DNA of 63,490 nt from an uncultured Thermococci archaeon (GCA_964521515.1 CAZFRW010000002.1:1-63490), one strand, 5' to 3'; positions 49,236-58,783 are shown, counted from the stretch's first letter. The notes: generated from the sequence alone by a model not told the origin. Numbers and translations are program-made.

Positions 49236-50360
49236 TTATAATCTCCATTTTCCCTTTCTTAACTCGTTCAAGTTCAAATTTTCTATTCTACCTTCCATGC
49301 CCTTGATTATCCCCAATATCTCTTTGTAGTCACTCATTGTATTGTCCAACTCGTTTGAAATGTCACTAGAATATTTTTCTTCTTTTATTTTTTCCTTCAA
49401 TTTATTAAAGAATATGTCTACAGGTTTAAAAGAGTCCTCGATCAAAAGCCCAGATATAAAAATAATGAAAGGGGTTAGTTGTCCTGAATTTCCAATATCT
49501 ATGCACCTAAGATAAACCCCCCTTCTCTCAAATGGAATGACAAGTCTTGGGTAATTATTTCTTATAAGAATGAAATTTAGTAGTTCCCTAGAAACCCTGC
49601 CATTGCCATCAATAAATGGATGGATTTCAACGAATTTTTGGTGAAAATGACAAGCTAGTTCAACTGGAAACATTGTTAATTTTTTTTCTTTATACCATTG
49701 AATTAGATTGTTAAGTTCATCTTCTAATACTGGAAAAGGCGTAGGATCATAATCGGATCCGGATATAGAAATATCTATATTTCTAAGTACTCCTGCATTT
49801 TCATCATCTATATTCTTCATCATCATCTCATGAATTTTTAGAATAAATTTTAGGGTGATGTCCCCATTATAAGTACCAAGGAATTTGAAAATGTCTTTAT
49901 AGTTTAATATCTCATACATTTCTCGTAGAGTATTTCCTGCTGGCGTATCCTCTTCTAATATAAGTTGCGCATCCCTCAACGACAGAGTGTTACCCTCAAT
50001 TGCCATCGACCCATGTACATATCTCAATCTTAGATTCTCTTCAAATTTATCAAAATAACTTTTATTGAAGGGGGCCATTATCCTATTTATTTCTTTTAGT
50101 CTCTCTATTATATTTATGAATGAAGTAGGGAGAATATGTTCTTCATATTCTAACTTTTTAGAAAATATCTTCAAAAATTCTGCTTCAAGAAGTAGCATTT
50201 GGGACTTTTCTTTAACTAAAAATTCTATTTCAGACTGAGTAAATGGGCCTTTCCCAAGATAATGAGAAACAGTCTTTACTCTACCACCCATCCGAACAGA
50301 ATGGTTGACATAGTAATAAATTTCCCCTTTTATGTTCTTTTTTATAATAAAAACCATCAT
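49236..50360 (-). CDS. Fic-family protein (class II, N-terminal inhibitory motif)
   Basis: The Fic core HPFIDGNGRVSR fits HxFx(D/E)GNGRxxR. An upstream SMAIEGN fits the (S/T)xxxE(G/N) inhibitory helix. Confidence 0.85.
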   Translation of the reverse strand: MMVFIIKKNIKGEIYYYVNHSVRMGGRVKTVSHYLGKGPFTQSEIEFLVKEKSQMLLLEAEFLKIFSKKLEYEEHILPTSFINIIERLKEINRIMAPFNKSYFDKFEENLRLRYVHGSMAIEGNTLSLRDAQLILEEDTPAGNTLREMYEILNYKDIFKFLGTYNGDITLKFILKIHEMMMKNIDDENAGVLRNIDISISGSDYDPTPFPVLEDELNNLIQWYKEKKLTMFPVELACHFHQKFVEIHPFIDGNGRVSRELLNFILIRNNYPRLVIPFERRGVYLRCIDIGNSGQLTPFIIFISGLLIEDSFKPVDIFFNKLKEKIKEEKYSSDISNELDNTMSDYKEILGIIKGMEGRIENLNLNELRKGKWRL

Positions 50361-50567
50361 CTCACGCCATAAATATTAAATATAATCCTCTTTTAATACT
50401 ACATTTTATATAATTTTTGGTATCAAAACATGATTATAGTGGTAACAAAATGATTCAATTTCTGTAATGTACAAAGAAACAAATAATTATACATAATAGC
50501 CTATTTTTGATACAAATAAATCATAATCCTTATAACTGCTCCAATGAGTTGAGGGGAGGTTTTACTT

Positions 50568-51788
50568 ATGGAACAAATACTAAAAAAATTTGAAGGCGTT
50601 GAAACGCCCTATGTAAAAAAAGTTGCGGTGGCCTATTCAGGAGGAGTTGATTCCTGTCTATGCATAGAGCTCCTGAAAAGGGTGTATAATTCTAAAGAGA
50701 TTGTACCTATAATGATTGATGTTGGTCAAGGAAAAGAAGAAATTGACATTGCATTTGAAAAAGCAAATATCTTAGAAATAGAACCAATAATTATAGACGC
50801 AAAAGAAGAATTTGTAAAAAAATGGATCCCTATGGCAATAATGGCAAACTCCGACTATATGGGTTATCCTGTCAGTACGTCGATGACGAGACAATTGATT
50901 GCCAACATAGTCGCCGTAAAAGGCAAAGAATTGGGCTGTGATGCGCTAATGGAAGGGTCAAGTGGCAAAGGAAATGACCAGTATAGGATGCACAATGTAT
51001 TCAAATTATTTGCGCCTGAACTAAACGTGTTGGTTCCAGTAAGAGATTTTGACCTTACAAGGAAGGAAGAAGAAAAACTTTGCGAATTGTGGGGGATATA
51101 CGTTACAGAAAAAATAACTGGGGGAGACGACAAAACTTTATGGTGCAGATCTATTGCAAGTGGAGCGATTGATCTTGACCAAGAACTTCCAGAAAATCTG
51201 TGGATGTGGACTAGATCCCTTGAAAACACCCCTGATATTCCCACTTTTGTGGATATTTCTTTTGAAAAGGGTGTGCCGGTATCTTTAAACGGGAGAAAAA
51301 TTGGATTGCTTGAATTATTAACTGAGCTTAATACTATCGGAGGAATGCACGGCATTGGAAAAATAGATATATTTGAAGAAGGCATAATGAATCTGAAAAG
51401 TAGAGAAATTTATGAAGCGCCCGCGGCCACAATTATCCTAAAACTACACAAAGACCTAGAACAGATGTGTCTCACAAAAGAAGAAATCATGTTTAAAAAG
51501 ACTGTAGACCAAAAATGGGGTTACATGGTATACCATGGGGGATGGTTCCACCCATTGAAAGATTCCCTTGATAGCTATATTATTAAAAGCCAAGAGCATA
51601 TTAATGGAAATTACAAAGTTAAATTATTCAAGGGAAATGTAGAAATATTGAAGAGAGAATCCACCTCATCATTATTTGCCCCTGAAATAAGGTCAATTAA
51701 AGTTGGGGGAATGGATCAAAGAATTTCAAAGGACGCTGCAAAGGTTATGGGCCTAATGTATGAAGTTTTGGCTAAAAGGTCCAGATAA
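50568..51788 (+). CDS. argG: Argininosuccinate synthase (divergent)
   Basis: PP-loop AYSGGVDSC, then YPVSTSMTRQLIA and SGKGNDQYR. GAGGGGAGG lies upstream, and argH is adjacent. Confidence 0.75.
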   Translation: MEQILKKFEGVETPYVKKVAVAYSGGVDSCLCIELLKRVYNSKEIVPIMIDVGQGKEEIDIAFEKANILEIEPIIIDAKEEFVKKWIPMAIMANSDYMGYPVSTSMTRQLIANIVAVKGKELGCDALMEGSSGKGNDQYRMHNVFKLFAPELNVLVPVRDFDLTRKEEEKLCELWGIYVTEKITGGDDKTLWCRSIASGAIDLDQELPENLWMWTRSLENTPDIPTFVDISFEKGVPVSLNGRKIGLLELLTELNTIGGMHGIGKIDIFEEGIMNLKSREIYEAPAATIILKLHKDLEQMCLTKEEIMFKKTVDQKWGYMVYHGGWFHPLKDSLDSYIIKSQEHINGNYKVKLFKGNVEILKRESTSSLFAPEIRSIKVGGMDQRISKDAAKVMGLMYEVLAKRSR

Positions 51789-51830
51789 ATATTTAAATTT
51801 TTATTTTATATTTTGTGTGGGAGTATCTAA

Positions 51831-53180
51831 ATGGCTAAACTTTGGAAAAAAAAATACGAACTTGATAAAAACGTTGAAGATTTTACTGTTGGCGATGATT
51901 ACATCTTTGATATGCAACTAGTCAAAGCAGATATTTATGGAAATATTGCTCATTCAACTATGCTTAATAAAATAGGTATTATTTCTAATGAAGAGCTTAT
52001 TAAAATCAAGAAGAATTTAATCGATATCTTAGGACTTCATAGGAAAGGCAGATTTATCATTAAAAAAGAGGATGAAGATGTACATACAGCTGTCGAAAAT
52101 CTCTTAACTGCGACATTAGGCGATACTGGGAAAAAGATACACACGGCAAGGAGCAGGAATGATCAAATCCTTTTAGATATTAGATTGTATTCTAAAGAAA
52201 GGTTACTTGATTTAATGGAAAGCGTCCTTAGTCTTTGTGGTATCTTATTGCAATTCTCAAAAGATAATGAATTTGTTCCGATGCCTGGAAGAACCCATAC
52301 CCAAAGGGCAATGCCTTCATCTGTAGGTCTTTGGGCAAGTTCAATCTTAGAAAGCCTTCTTGACGATCTTTATCTATTAAAGTCCGCTTATGACATAAAT
52401 GATCAATCCCCTCTTGGAAGCGCGGCAAGCTATGGGGTCAATCTTAATATAGACAGGGAGTATGTGGCATCACTCCTAGGATTTGAGAAAGTACAAAATA
52501 ATGTTCTTTATGCAAACAATAGTAGAGGTAAGACTGAATCCATAATAATATTTGCGCTCTCGCAGATAATGATGGACCTTTCAAAATTTGCAAATGATTT
52601 AATCTTATTTTCCATACCTGAGTTTGATTATTTCTCACTGCCCGATGAATTTTGTGGTGGTTCAAGCCTTATGCCCCAAAAGAAGAATCCTGCTTTACTT
52701 GAGTTGACTAGAGCCAAAGCACATATTGTAAACTCGCTATATTTTAGAGTTGTTAATATAATAACATCGCTTTACTCTGGATACAACAGGGATTTCCAAC
52801 TTACAAAGGGCCCATTGTTAGAAAGTTTCCAGATTACTGATCAGACTCTTTATATCTTTGGATATTTCATTCCAAAGATTAAAGTCAACAAAGAAAAGCT
52901 AATGGAATCATTTACGCCAGAACTATATGCAACTGACCGAGTTTTAGAGCTGGTAAAAGAAGGCTCTCCTTTCAGGGACGCATACAAAGAGATAGGGACA
53001 AACCTAGAATCTCTAAGAAACAAAGACCCTGTTGAAAATATAAAATCAAAGACTCACACAGGAGCTACAGGAAATCTTGGATTGGATAAGATAGGAAAGA
53101 AAATAAAAGAAGAAGAAAAAGAAGTTTTATCGAAGAAGAATGCATACAAGAAAAAGATAGAGCTTCTATTAAAGATTTAG
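51831..53180 (+). CDS. argH: Argininosuccinate lyase
   Basis: KLWKKKY.., HTARSRNDQ and MPGRTHTQRAMP are present, along with the fumarate-lyase signature GGSSLMPQKKNP. Confidence 0.9.
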   Translation: MAKLWKKKYELDKNVEDFTVGDDYIFDMQLVKADIYGNIAHSTMLNKIGIISNEELIKIKKNLIDILGLHRKGRFIIKKEDEDVHTAVENLLTATLGDTGKKIHTARSRNDQILLDIRLYSKERLLDLMESVLSLCGILLQFSKDNEFVPMPGRTHTQRAMPSSVGLWASSILESLLDDLYLLKSAYDINDQSPLGSAASYGVNLNIDREYVASLLGFEKVQNNVLYANNSRGKTESIIIFALSQIMMDLSKFANDLILFSIPEFDYFSLPDEFCGGSSLMPQKKNPALLELTRAKAHIVNSLYFRVVNIITSLYSGYNRDFQLTKGPLLESFQITDQTLYIFGYFIPKIKVNKEKLMESFTPELYATDRVLELVKEGSPFRDAYKEIGTNLESLRNKDPVENIKSKTHTGATGNLGLDKIGKKIKEEEKEVLSKKNAYKKKIELLLKI

Positions 53181-53192
53181 TATTGGGATTCT

Positions 53193-54410
53193 ATGGAAAA
53201 ATATGACTATGTTGTAATTGGAAGTGGTGCTAGTGGAGCAGCAGTTGCAGAAAAGATATCTTCCGATTATAAAGTCCTGATATTAGAAAAAGGCCAAAGC
53301 CTATCTTTAAATGAAGCTCACAAAGGGTATGTCAAGACATCTTTCAATAAAGATTTTGAAAAGCATGGCAGGGTTGAAATTCTCAGTGGGACTGGTGTTG
53401 GCGGAACTACATTATTGTCCATTGCAAACGGTGTGAGGGCCCAAGAAAAAGAACTAAAAAACTTAGGCATATACATAGAAAAAGAACTTGACGAAGTTGA
53501 AAGAGATCTTAGTATTAGACAAATCCCTGAAAATATGCTCGGCGGTAGGACAAAACTTTTCATTGAGAAGGCAAAAGAATTGGGTTATGATCCTAAGATA
53601 ATGCCAAAGATGATTGATTTCAAAAAATGTAAGAACTGTGGCAAATGTAATATGGGATGCCAGTTCCAGGCAAAAAAGACCTCGCTTTATTATATAGAAA
53701 AATCTCTTTCAAAAGGTGCTGAGCTAAAGACAAATTATGAAGCAACAAAAATAAACAAGAGCGGTAAAAGTTTCATAGTTAAAGGAAAAAGCTTTGATAT
53801 TTCTGCTAAGAATGTAATTCTAAGTGCAGGCGCCCTTGGTACACCAAAAATACTAAATAATTCGGGGATAAAAACTCCAAAAAGACTTTTCGCCGATATC
53901 TTTGTTACGATTGGTGGAAAAATGGATCGTTCATTTAAAGATGAGATACAGATGGCAGCGTATATCCCTTTTAATGACTTTCTAGTTTCTCCATACTACT
54001 CAGAAAGAATTCTCAAAATCCTTAATGAGAAAAATATTGAAGCCAAAAGAGACAATATCTTCTGCATAATGATCAAAATAAAGGATGATTCCTATGGGCA
54101 TGTTGCTAAAACATATGTCGAAAAATCCTGTACCGGTAGAGATGCACAAAGAATATCAAATGGTGTTGCTATTGCCTCTAAAATATTAATTAATTCTGGA
54201 GTGGATAAAATAGTTTCAACAGAAGCTAGCGGTGCCCATCCCGGTGGAACAGCGCCAATAGGTATTACAGTAGACAACAACTTCAAAACAGAAATGGGAT
54301 TCTATGTTTGCGATGCAAGTATACTACCTGAAGCTCCTGGTGCACCACCTGTGTTAACACTTATGGCCTTAGGAAAGAAATTGGGATACAATATTCTAAA
54401 TTCCACCTGA
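53193..54410 (+). CDS. Short GMC-like FAD oxidoreductase with an embedded CxxCxxCxxxC motif
   Basis: YDYVVIGSGASGAAVAEK..ILEKG is the FAD fold. A GMC-like C-terminus is present (HPGGTAPIG, FYVCDASILP). The motif CKNCGKCNMGC lies at aa 146-156. Confidence 0.6.
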   Translation: MEKYDYVVIGSGASGAAVAEKISSDYKVLILEKGQSLSLNEAHKGYVKTSFNKDFEKHGRVEILSGTGVGGTTLLSIANGVRAQEKELKNLGIYIEKELDEVERDLSIRQIPENMLGGRTKLFIEKAKELGYDPKIMPKMIDFKKCKNCGKCNMGCQFQAKKTSLYYIEKSLSKGAELKTNYEATKINKSGKSFIVKGKSFDISAKNVILSAGALGTPKILNNSGIKTPKRLFADIFVTIGGKMDRSFKDEIQMAAYIPFNDFLVSPYYSERILKILNEKNIEAKRDNIFCIMIKIKDDSYGHVAKTYVEKSCTGRDAQRISNGVAIASKILINSGVDKIVSTEASGAHPGGTAPIGITVDNNFKTEMGFYVCDASILPEAPGAPPVLTLMALGKKLGYNILNST

Positions 54411-55991
54411 AGGAACTTTTTCATTTGGATCTACCAATATATCCAAAAGCATGGGCCCTTCTGAGTTGAGTGTTTCTTTGATTCCTTTTTTTAGTTCCCC
54501 TTTATCCTCAGCTCTTTCGGCAGCAACTCCTAAGCCGCGAGATATCGAAACAAAATCCTTTTCCCCAAGTGAAAATGAATACTTACCTCCAAATTTTGTA
54601 TCTTCATACTGCTTAATTGTCCCTAATACACCGTTATTTATCAAGAAAATTTTTACATCGATATTATTTTCTGAAAGTGTCAGTAGCTCCCCTAATACCA
54701 TCAAAAGCCCGCCATCACCCGTTATTAATAAAACCCTCTTTTTAGGAGTTGATAACTTGGCCCCTATAGCTGCAGGTAATCCAAATCCCATTGCGCCAAA
54801 TGAATGCGAGCAAATAAATGTCCTTGGGAAGTGAACTTTTTTCAGTAGATGAGTCCATACTGTTATCGAGCCCGTATCGGTAACAACAATATCATCTTTG
54901 TTTAGTTTTTCGAGTATTTCAGAAATAACAGCTTGTGGCTTCAAAGGTATTGAAGAAGAAGAGATTCCATCTAACTTTTTAATAGGTTTCTTATTAATCC
55001 AAAGATCGGCTTTTCTAGAAACTCCAATAGTGATGTTGTTAATTATTTCATTCAAATCTCCAATTAAAGCTAAGTCAAAATTTATATTTTTTTTATTTTT
55101 TTCTATGTTCACGTCTATTATTTTCTTTGAATTATCTAATATGCCATAAGAAGTTCTATCGGAAAATTTAACTCCAAAAGAAAGTATTAGGTCTGATTTC
55201 TCAAAGGCCATTTTTGAGTTATTAGTGCCCCTAATGCCAAAAGTTCCAAATGCATGAGGATTGTCTTCATCGATAATTCCCCTCCCTGGAAGTGTTGTAA
55301 CTATTGGGGCTCCAATTTTATTGGAAAGCGAGTAAATAGTATTTCCTGCTCCATAATTAATAGCCCCTTGACCAGAAAGAATTAAAGGCCTTTCAGAATC
55401 ATTAATTAATTTAATGGCGAGTTTAATTTTATCAATGTCAAGTTTAGTTTTTGTTTTTTTTTCTATATAGTTAAACTCAGAGATGTATTTTTTTTCAAAT
55501 AAGTTAGTTGGGACTTCGACATGAACTGGTCTTGGTCTTCCAGATACCGCCTGATTAAAAGAAGCTCTTACTTCTTGATATAACTCATCTTTTAATCTAA
55601 GATTCTTCTTTGTTATGGTAGAGGTCATTGAAAGTAAGTCAACTTCTTCAAAAGCATCAGTTCCTATCTTATCAGTTGGAACTTGTCCAGTTATTAGTAC
55701 TAAAGACGACCCGTCTTTATATGCGCATGCTAAGCCCATCATTGTATTGACTGAGCCTGGACCAGTTGATGCAAGTGCACAAGATATCTTGCCGCTGGCC
55801 CTATAAAATCCATCGGCACTGTGAACTGCACACTGCTCATGAGAGGATCTAATAATAGAAATGCCCTCTTCTTCCAATTCGTGGTATAATGGTAATATTT
55901 CTCTTCCCGGATACCAAAAAAGTGTTTCAACTCCCGAATCCTTAATCGCTTTGGATATTACTTTCGCTCCGGAATATGAATTTTTCATCAT
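54396..55991 (-). CDS. Thiamine-diphosphate enzyme of the acetolactate synthase large-subunit family
   Basis: 531 aa. The N-terminal Pyr domain is HEQCAVHSADGFYRASGK..ASTGPGSVN..LITGQVPT..GTDAFEEVD. The C-terminal ThDP motif is ITGDGGLLMVLGELLT..IFLINNGVLG. Confidence 0.8.
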   Translation of the reverse strand: MMKNSYSGAKVISKAIKDSGVETLFWYPGREILPLYHELEEEGISIIRSSHEQCAVHSADGFYRASGKISCALASTGPGSVNTMMGLACAYKDGSSLVLITGQVPTDKIGTDAFEEVDLLSMTSTITKKNLRLKDELYQEVRASFNQAVSGRPRPVHVEVPTNLFEKKYISEFNYIEKKTKTKLDIDKIKLAIKLINDSERPLILSGQGAINYGAGNTIYSLSNKIGAPIVTTLPGRGIIDEDNPHAFGTFGIRGTNNSKMAFEKSDLILSFGVKFSDRTSYGILDNSKKIIDVNIEKNKKNINFDLALIGDLNEIINNITIGVSRKADLWINKKPIKKLDGISSSSIPLKPQAVISEILEKLNKDDIVVTDTGSITVWTHLLKKVHFPRTFICSHSFGAMGFGLPAAIGAKLSTPKKRVLLITGDGGLLMVLGELLTLSENNIDVKIFLINNGVLGTIKQYEDTKFGGKYSFSLGEKDFVSISRGLGVAAERAEDKGELKKGIKETLNSEGPMLLDILVDPNEKVPSGGI

Positions 55992-57170
55992 CTAACCTTT
56001 TGAAAGAATCTCTTGGACCATGTTCTTAAATTCTTTATCGCCTACTTTTGCCCCTCTTTCTGCCATCTCTTTTACTTTGAGTATTAGAATTTCTTTTTCA
56101 CTCTGAGGTAAAGACAATCCAAGTTCGTCAAGTTTATATTCAATACAACTAATACCGCAGTGCTTTCCGAGTATAATCCTTCTTTTTTGACCAACAAATT
56201 CTGGCATATACGGTTCATATGTCAAAGGCTCCACCCGGACAGCAGAAACGTGTATGCCTGATTCGTGTGCAAAAACATTGTCACCAACAATAGATTTATT
56301 TTTAGGTACGGGCATTGTAGTGTACTTTTCAACTAATCTTGAAAGTTCATATAAAACTTCATATTTGAAAGGCATCTCTATTCCATATAAGAGCCGAAGA
56401 TTCATTATGACCTCTTCAAGTGATGCATTTCCTGCCCTTTCGCCTATTCCATTAACAGTAGTTGATATAGCTCTTGCTCCTGCTTCAAATGCTGCAAGAG
56501 AATTAGCAACTGCAAGACCAAAATCATCATGACAATGTATCCCTATTGTGTTATCGATATTATTTTTGATCTGGCTAACGAGGTATTTCATCCCCATGGG
56601 CCTTATAGAACCGGTAGTATCGGCTATGTGAATCCTGTCTGCACCGGCTTCAGTTGTAGCTTTGTATAGCTCAATTAAAAAATCTAAATCCGCTCTTGTA
56701 GAATCCTCTGCTGTGAAGGCAACAAATATCCCATGACTTTTTCCGTATTCAACGGCTTCAACAGCCTTTGAGAGCGCCTGCTCCCTAGTCATTTTTAATT
56801 TATATTTTAAATGAAGATCCGAAGCCCCAATAAAAGTAATGATCCCATCTACATCACAGGACATAGCAACGTCTATGTCACTTTTTAATGTCCTAGTTAG
56901 GGCAAGTATTTCAGAGTTCAGGGACTGCTTCATTATATTTCTTATTGCCCTTCTTTCGCCATCTGATACAACTGGAAATCCTGCTTCAATTTGGGGAACG
57001 CCAAGCTCATCTAGTTTGATGGCAATTTCTATTTTCTCATCGGGAGAGAAGCAAATTCCTGGAGTCTGTTCTCCATCTCTTAGAGTAGTATCATACACGA
57101 TGATATTTTTTGGATCTACTTTTATATTGACATTTTCAACGAAATTATAAGGGCTAACAAATGATTTCAT
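55992..57170 (-). CDS. Homocitrate / (R)-citramalate / 2-isopropylmalate synthase family enzyme, short form without regulatory domain
   Basis: 392 aa. DTTLRDGEQTPG, IHIADTTG, GIHCHDDFGLAVANSLAA, TVNGIGERAGNASLEE and HESGIH are DRE-TIM aldolase blocks. Confidence 0.85.
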   Translation of the reverse strand: MKSFVSPYNFVENVNIKVDPKNIIVYDTTLRDGEQTPGICFSPDEKIEIAIKLDELGVPQIEAGFPVVSDGERRAIRNIMKQSLNSEILALTRTLKSDIDVAMSCDVDGIITFIGASDLHLKYKLKMTREQALSKAVEAVEYGKSHGIFVAFTAEDSTRADLDFLIELYKATTEAGADRIHIADTTGSIRPMGMKYLVSQIKNNIDNTIGIHCHDDFGLAVANSLAAFEAGARAISTTVNGIGERAGNASLEEVIMNLRLLYGIEMPFKYEVLYELSRLVEKYTTMPVPKNKSIVGDNVFAHESGIHVSAVRVEPLTYEPYMPEFVGQKRRIILGKHCGISCIEYKLDELGLSLPQSEKEILILKVKEMAERGAKVGDKEFKNMVQEILSKG

Positions 57171-58102
57171 AATCTCACAGCCTCATTTGGGTCTTCAGAG
57201 TATCCCAAAGCTGCAATTGCGCCTATTAATCCCCAATTGTCCATTAAAACTTCTAAGTTTTTTACTTTTTTGGAGAAATCAATTGCCTCGTCAAGAGATA
57301 CTAATGAAGATTTAACTTTAAGAGAATACTCCCGAAGTTCTTTTTCTATACCTATTCCATTTAGCATAACTAAACCAGTTTCTTTTGAAAGGGTATATTT
57401 ATCAAAAAGTTCAAAAATTCGCTCCTTGAATACCGGAATATTTTTTGGATCCACGCCAAAAGTCAATGCTGTACTTACACAATTTTGAGTCTTGTGGGGA
57501 TTTCTTGGATAAAGTTGAACTAATGTATGCCTAAGATAATCGGCTAATCCTTCCTTTTCTATTTTGTACGCTATTTCATTTGCAAGAGACCATGTTGCCC
57601 CTTCCTCTTTTGTATCTGTATCATCAACTCCAACTACAATTTTTTGTTTTAAACCGAAAGATAGTGTAGCTTTGCTTAATCCGCCTCCTCCGCCGTAATC
57701 AAGGATTTCAACAGATTCTACTCCCTCTGCAAGACCCCTGTTAAGGACAGCTCCAACACCTCCTCCGCCAAGTCCAGCGTAAGTAATATTAATTTTATCT
57801 TCAAATATCCTTACTTCTTCTATGCCTGCTGCAGAAACACCAGCTTTAAGGTCCAAATTGCATTTTCCTTCTTTAACTCTGAAAAAACTTTGACTTCCTT
57901 CTCCCACGGATTCTGTAATCAAAGATGAAGCCTTGGGATAATGATAAGTCACCCACGATGCTGTTGCCATTCCCCTTGGGTGTTTCTCAAAGATTTCAAT
58001 TATTCTTTTTTCTTTGTCTGCAAGAACAACAATCTTTTCAAATGGCGAAACCCATGGTTTATCCCCAAAGGCATTATAAAATTCATTTCTTGTATATTTC
58101 AA
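57167..58102 (-). CDS. Uncharacterised protein: Gly-rich N-terminal domain + TiaS-type kinase-like domain
   Basis: 311 aa with a TTG start and GGTG 6 nt upstream. Residues ~155-215, VVGVDDTDTKEEGATWSLANEI..LVQLYPRNPHKTQNCVSTALTF, resemble the N-terminal kinase domain of archaeal agmatidine synthetase TiaS. There is a 4-nt overlap with the downstream gene. Confidence 0.45.
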   Translation of the reverse strand: MKYTRNEFYNAFGDKPWVSPFEKIVVLADKEKRIIEIFEKHPRGMATASWVTYHYPKASSLITESVGEGSQSFFRVKEGKCNLDLKAGVSAAGIEEVRIFEDKINITYAGLGGGGVGAVLNRGLAEGVESVEILDYGGGGGLSKATLSFGLKQKIVVGVDDTDTKEEGATWSLANEIAYKIEKEGLADYLRHTLVQLYPRNPHKTQNCVSTALTFGVDPKNIPVFKERIFELFDKYTLSKETGLVMLNGIGIEKELREYSLKVKSSLVSLDEAIDFSKKVKNLEVLMDNWGLIGAIAALGYSEDPNEAVRL

Positions 58103-58141
58103 ATATTCACCTACAATTATAAATAAAACTTATTCTTAATA

Positions 58142-58215
58142 TGGGCCCACTGGGATTCGAACCCAGGACCTCCACCGTGTGAGGGTGACGTCATGACCAA
58201 CTAGACCATGGGCCC
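58142..58215 (-). tRNA. tRNA-Val (anticodon CAC)
   Basis: Hand-folded: acceptor GGGCCCA/TGGGCCC, anticodon stem TCACC/GGTGG, loop CTCACAC, T-arm CTGGG TTCGAAT CCCAG. Confidence 0.9.
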
Positions 58216-58257
58216 AGTTTGTAATAATATTAAAAGTTTAAAAAAGTTATCTATTTA

Positions 58258-58331
58258 TGGACTCGGCGGGATTTGAACCCGCGGCCTCGGCATTGCGAAT
58301 GCCGCGCTCATACCAACTGAGCTACGAGCCC
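58258..58331 (-). tRNA. tRNA-Ala (anticodon CGC)
   Basis: Acceptor GGGCTCG/CGAGTCC with the G3:U70 alanine identity pair. Anticodon stem CGGCA/TGCCG, loop TTCGCAA, T-arm GCGGG TTCAAAT CCCGC. Confidence 0.9.
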
Positions 58332-58417
58332 TAGATAATTATACAAAAGGTAGTTTTTAAATTTAATTACGCTCAAAAAATTGAAAATACAAAAATATTG
58401 ATGAGATAAGCTGTATA

Positions 58418-58696
58418 TTGTATAGTAATCCCATAATACCAAAGCATGTGCATCATGACAATAAATCTTTTAAACGGCTCCCTCCTTTAAGGCGCATGGG
58501 ACAAAAAATTAATAGAATTATTGGAGCGATAATAGCTGTAATAGGATTTATATTGTTACTTTCTGATATAGTTGGATACAAATTAGATTTGTTTTTATTG
58601 GAAAGTGAGGGTATTTTTGCTGCAGGATTTGTTTTGATCACTATAGGAATAATGATTGCAACTATGTTTTCTAAAGAAGACGATATTAATTTTTAA
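58418..58696 (+). CDS. Small membrane protein, unknown function
   Basis: The 92-aa ORF has a non-ATG start. A more plausible start is MGQKINR (about 58496), giving ~66 aa with 2 TM helices. Confidence 0.35.
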   Translation: MYSNPIIPKHVHHDNKSFKRLPPLRRMGQKINRIIGAIIAVIGFILLLSDIVGYKLDLFLLESEGIFAAGFVLITIGIMIATMFSKEDDINF

Positions 58697-58783
58697 TATC
58701 CAAGATTTTTTTGATTTTATATTATGTATTTAATTTCCTAAGTATTAATTTTTATAAAATATAAAAATAAAATAAAAATTAAT

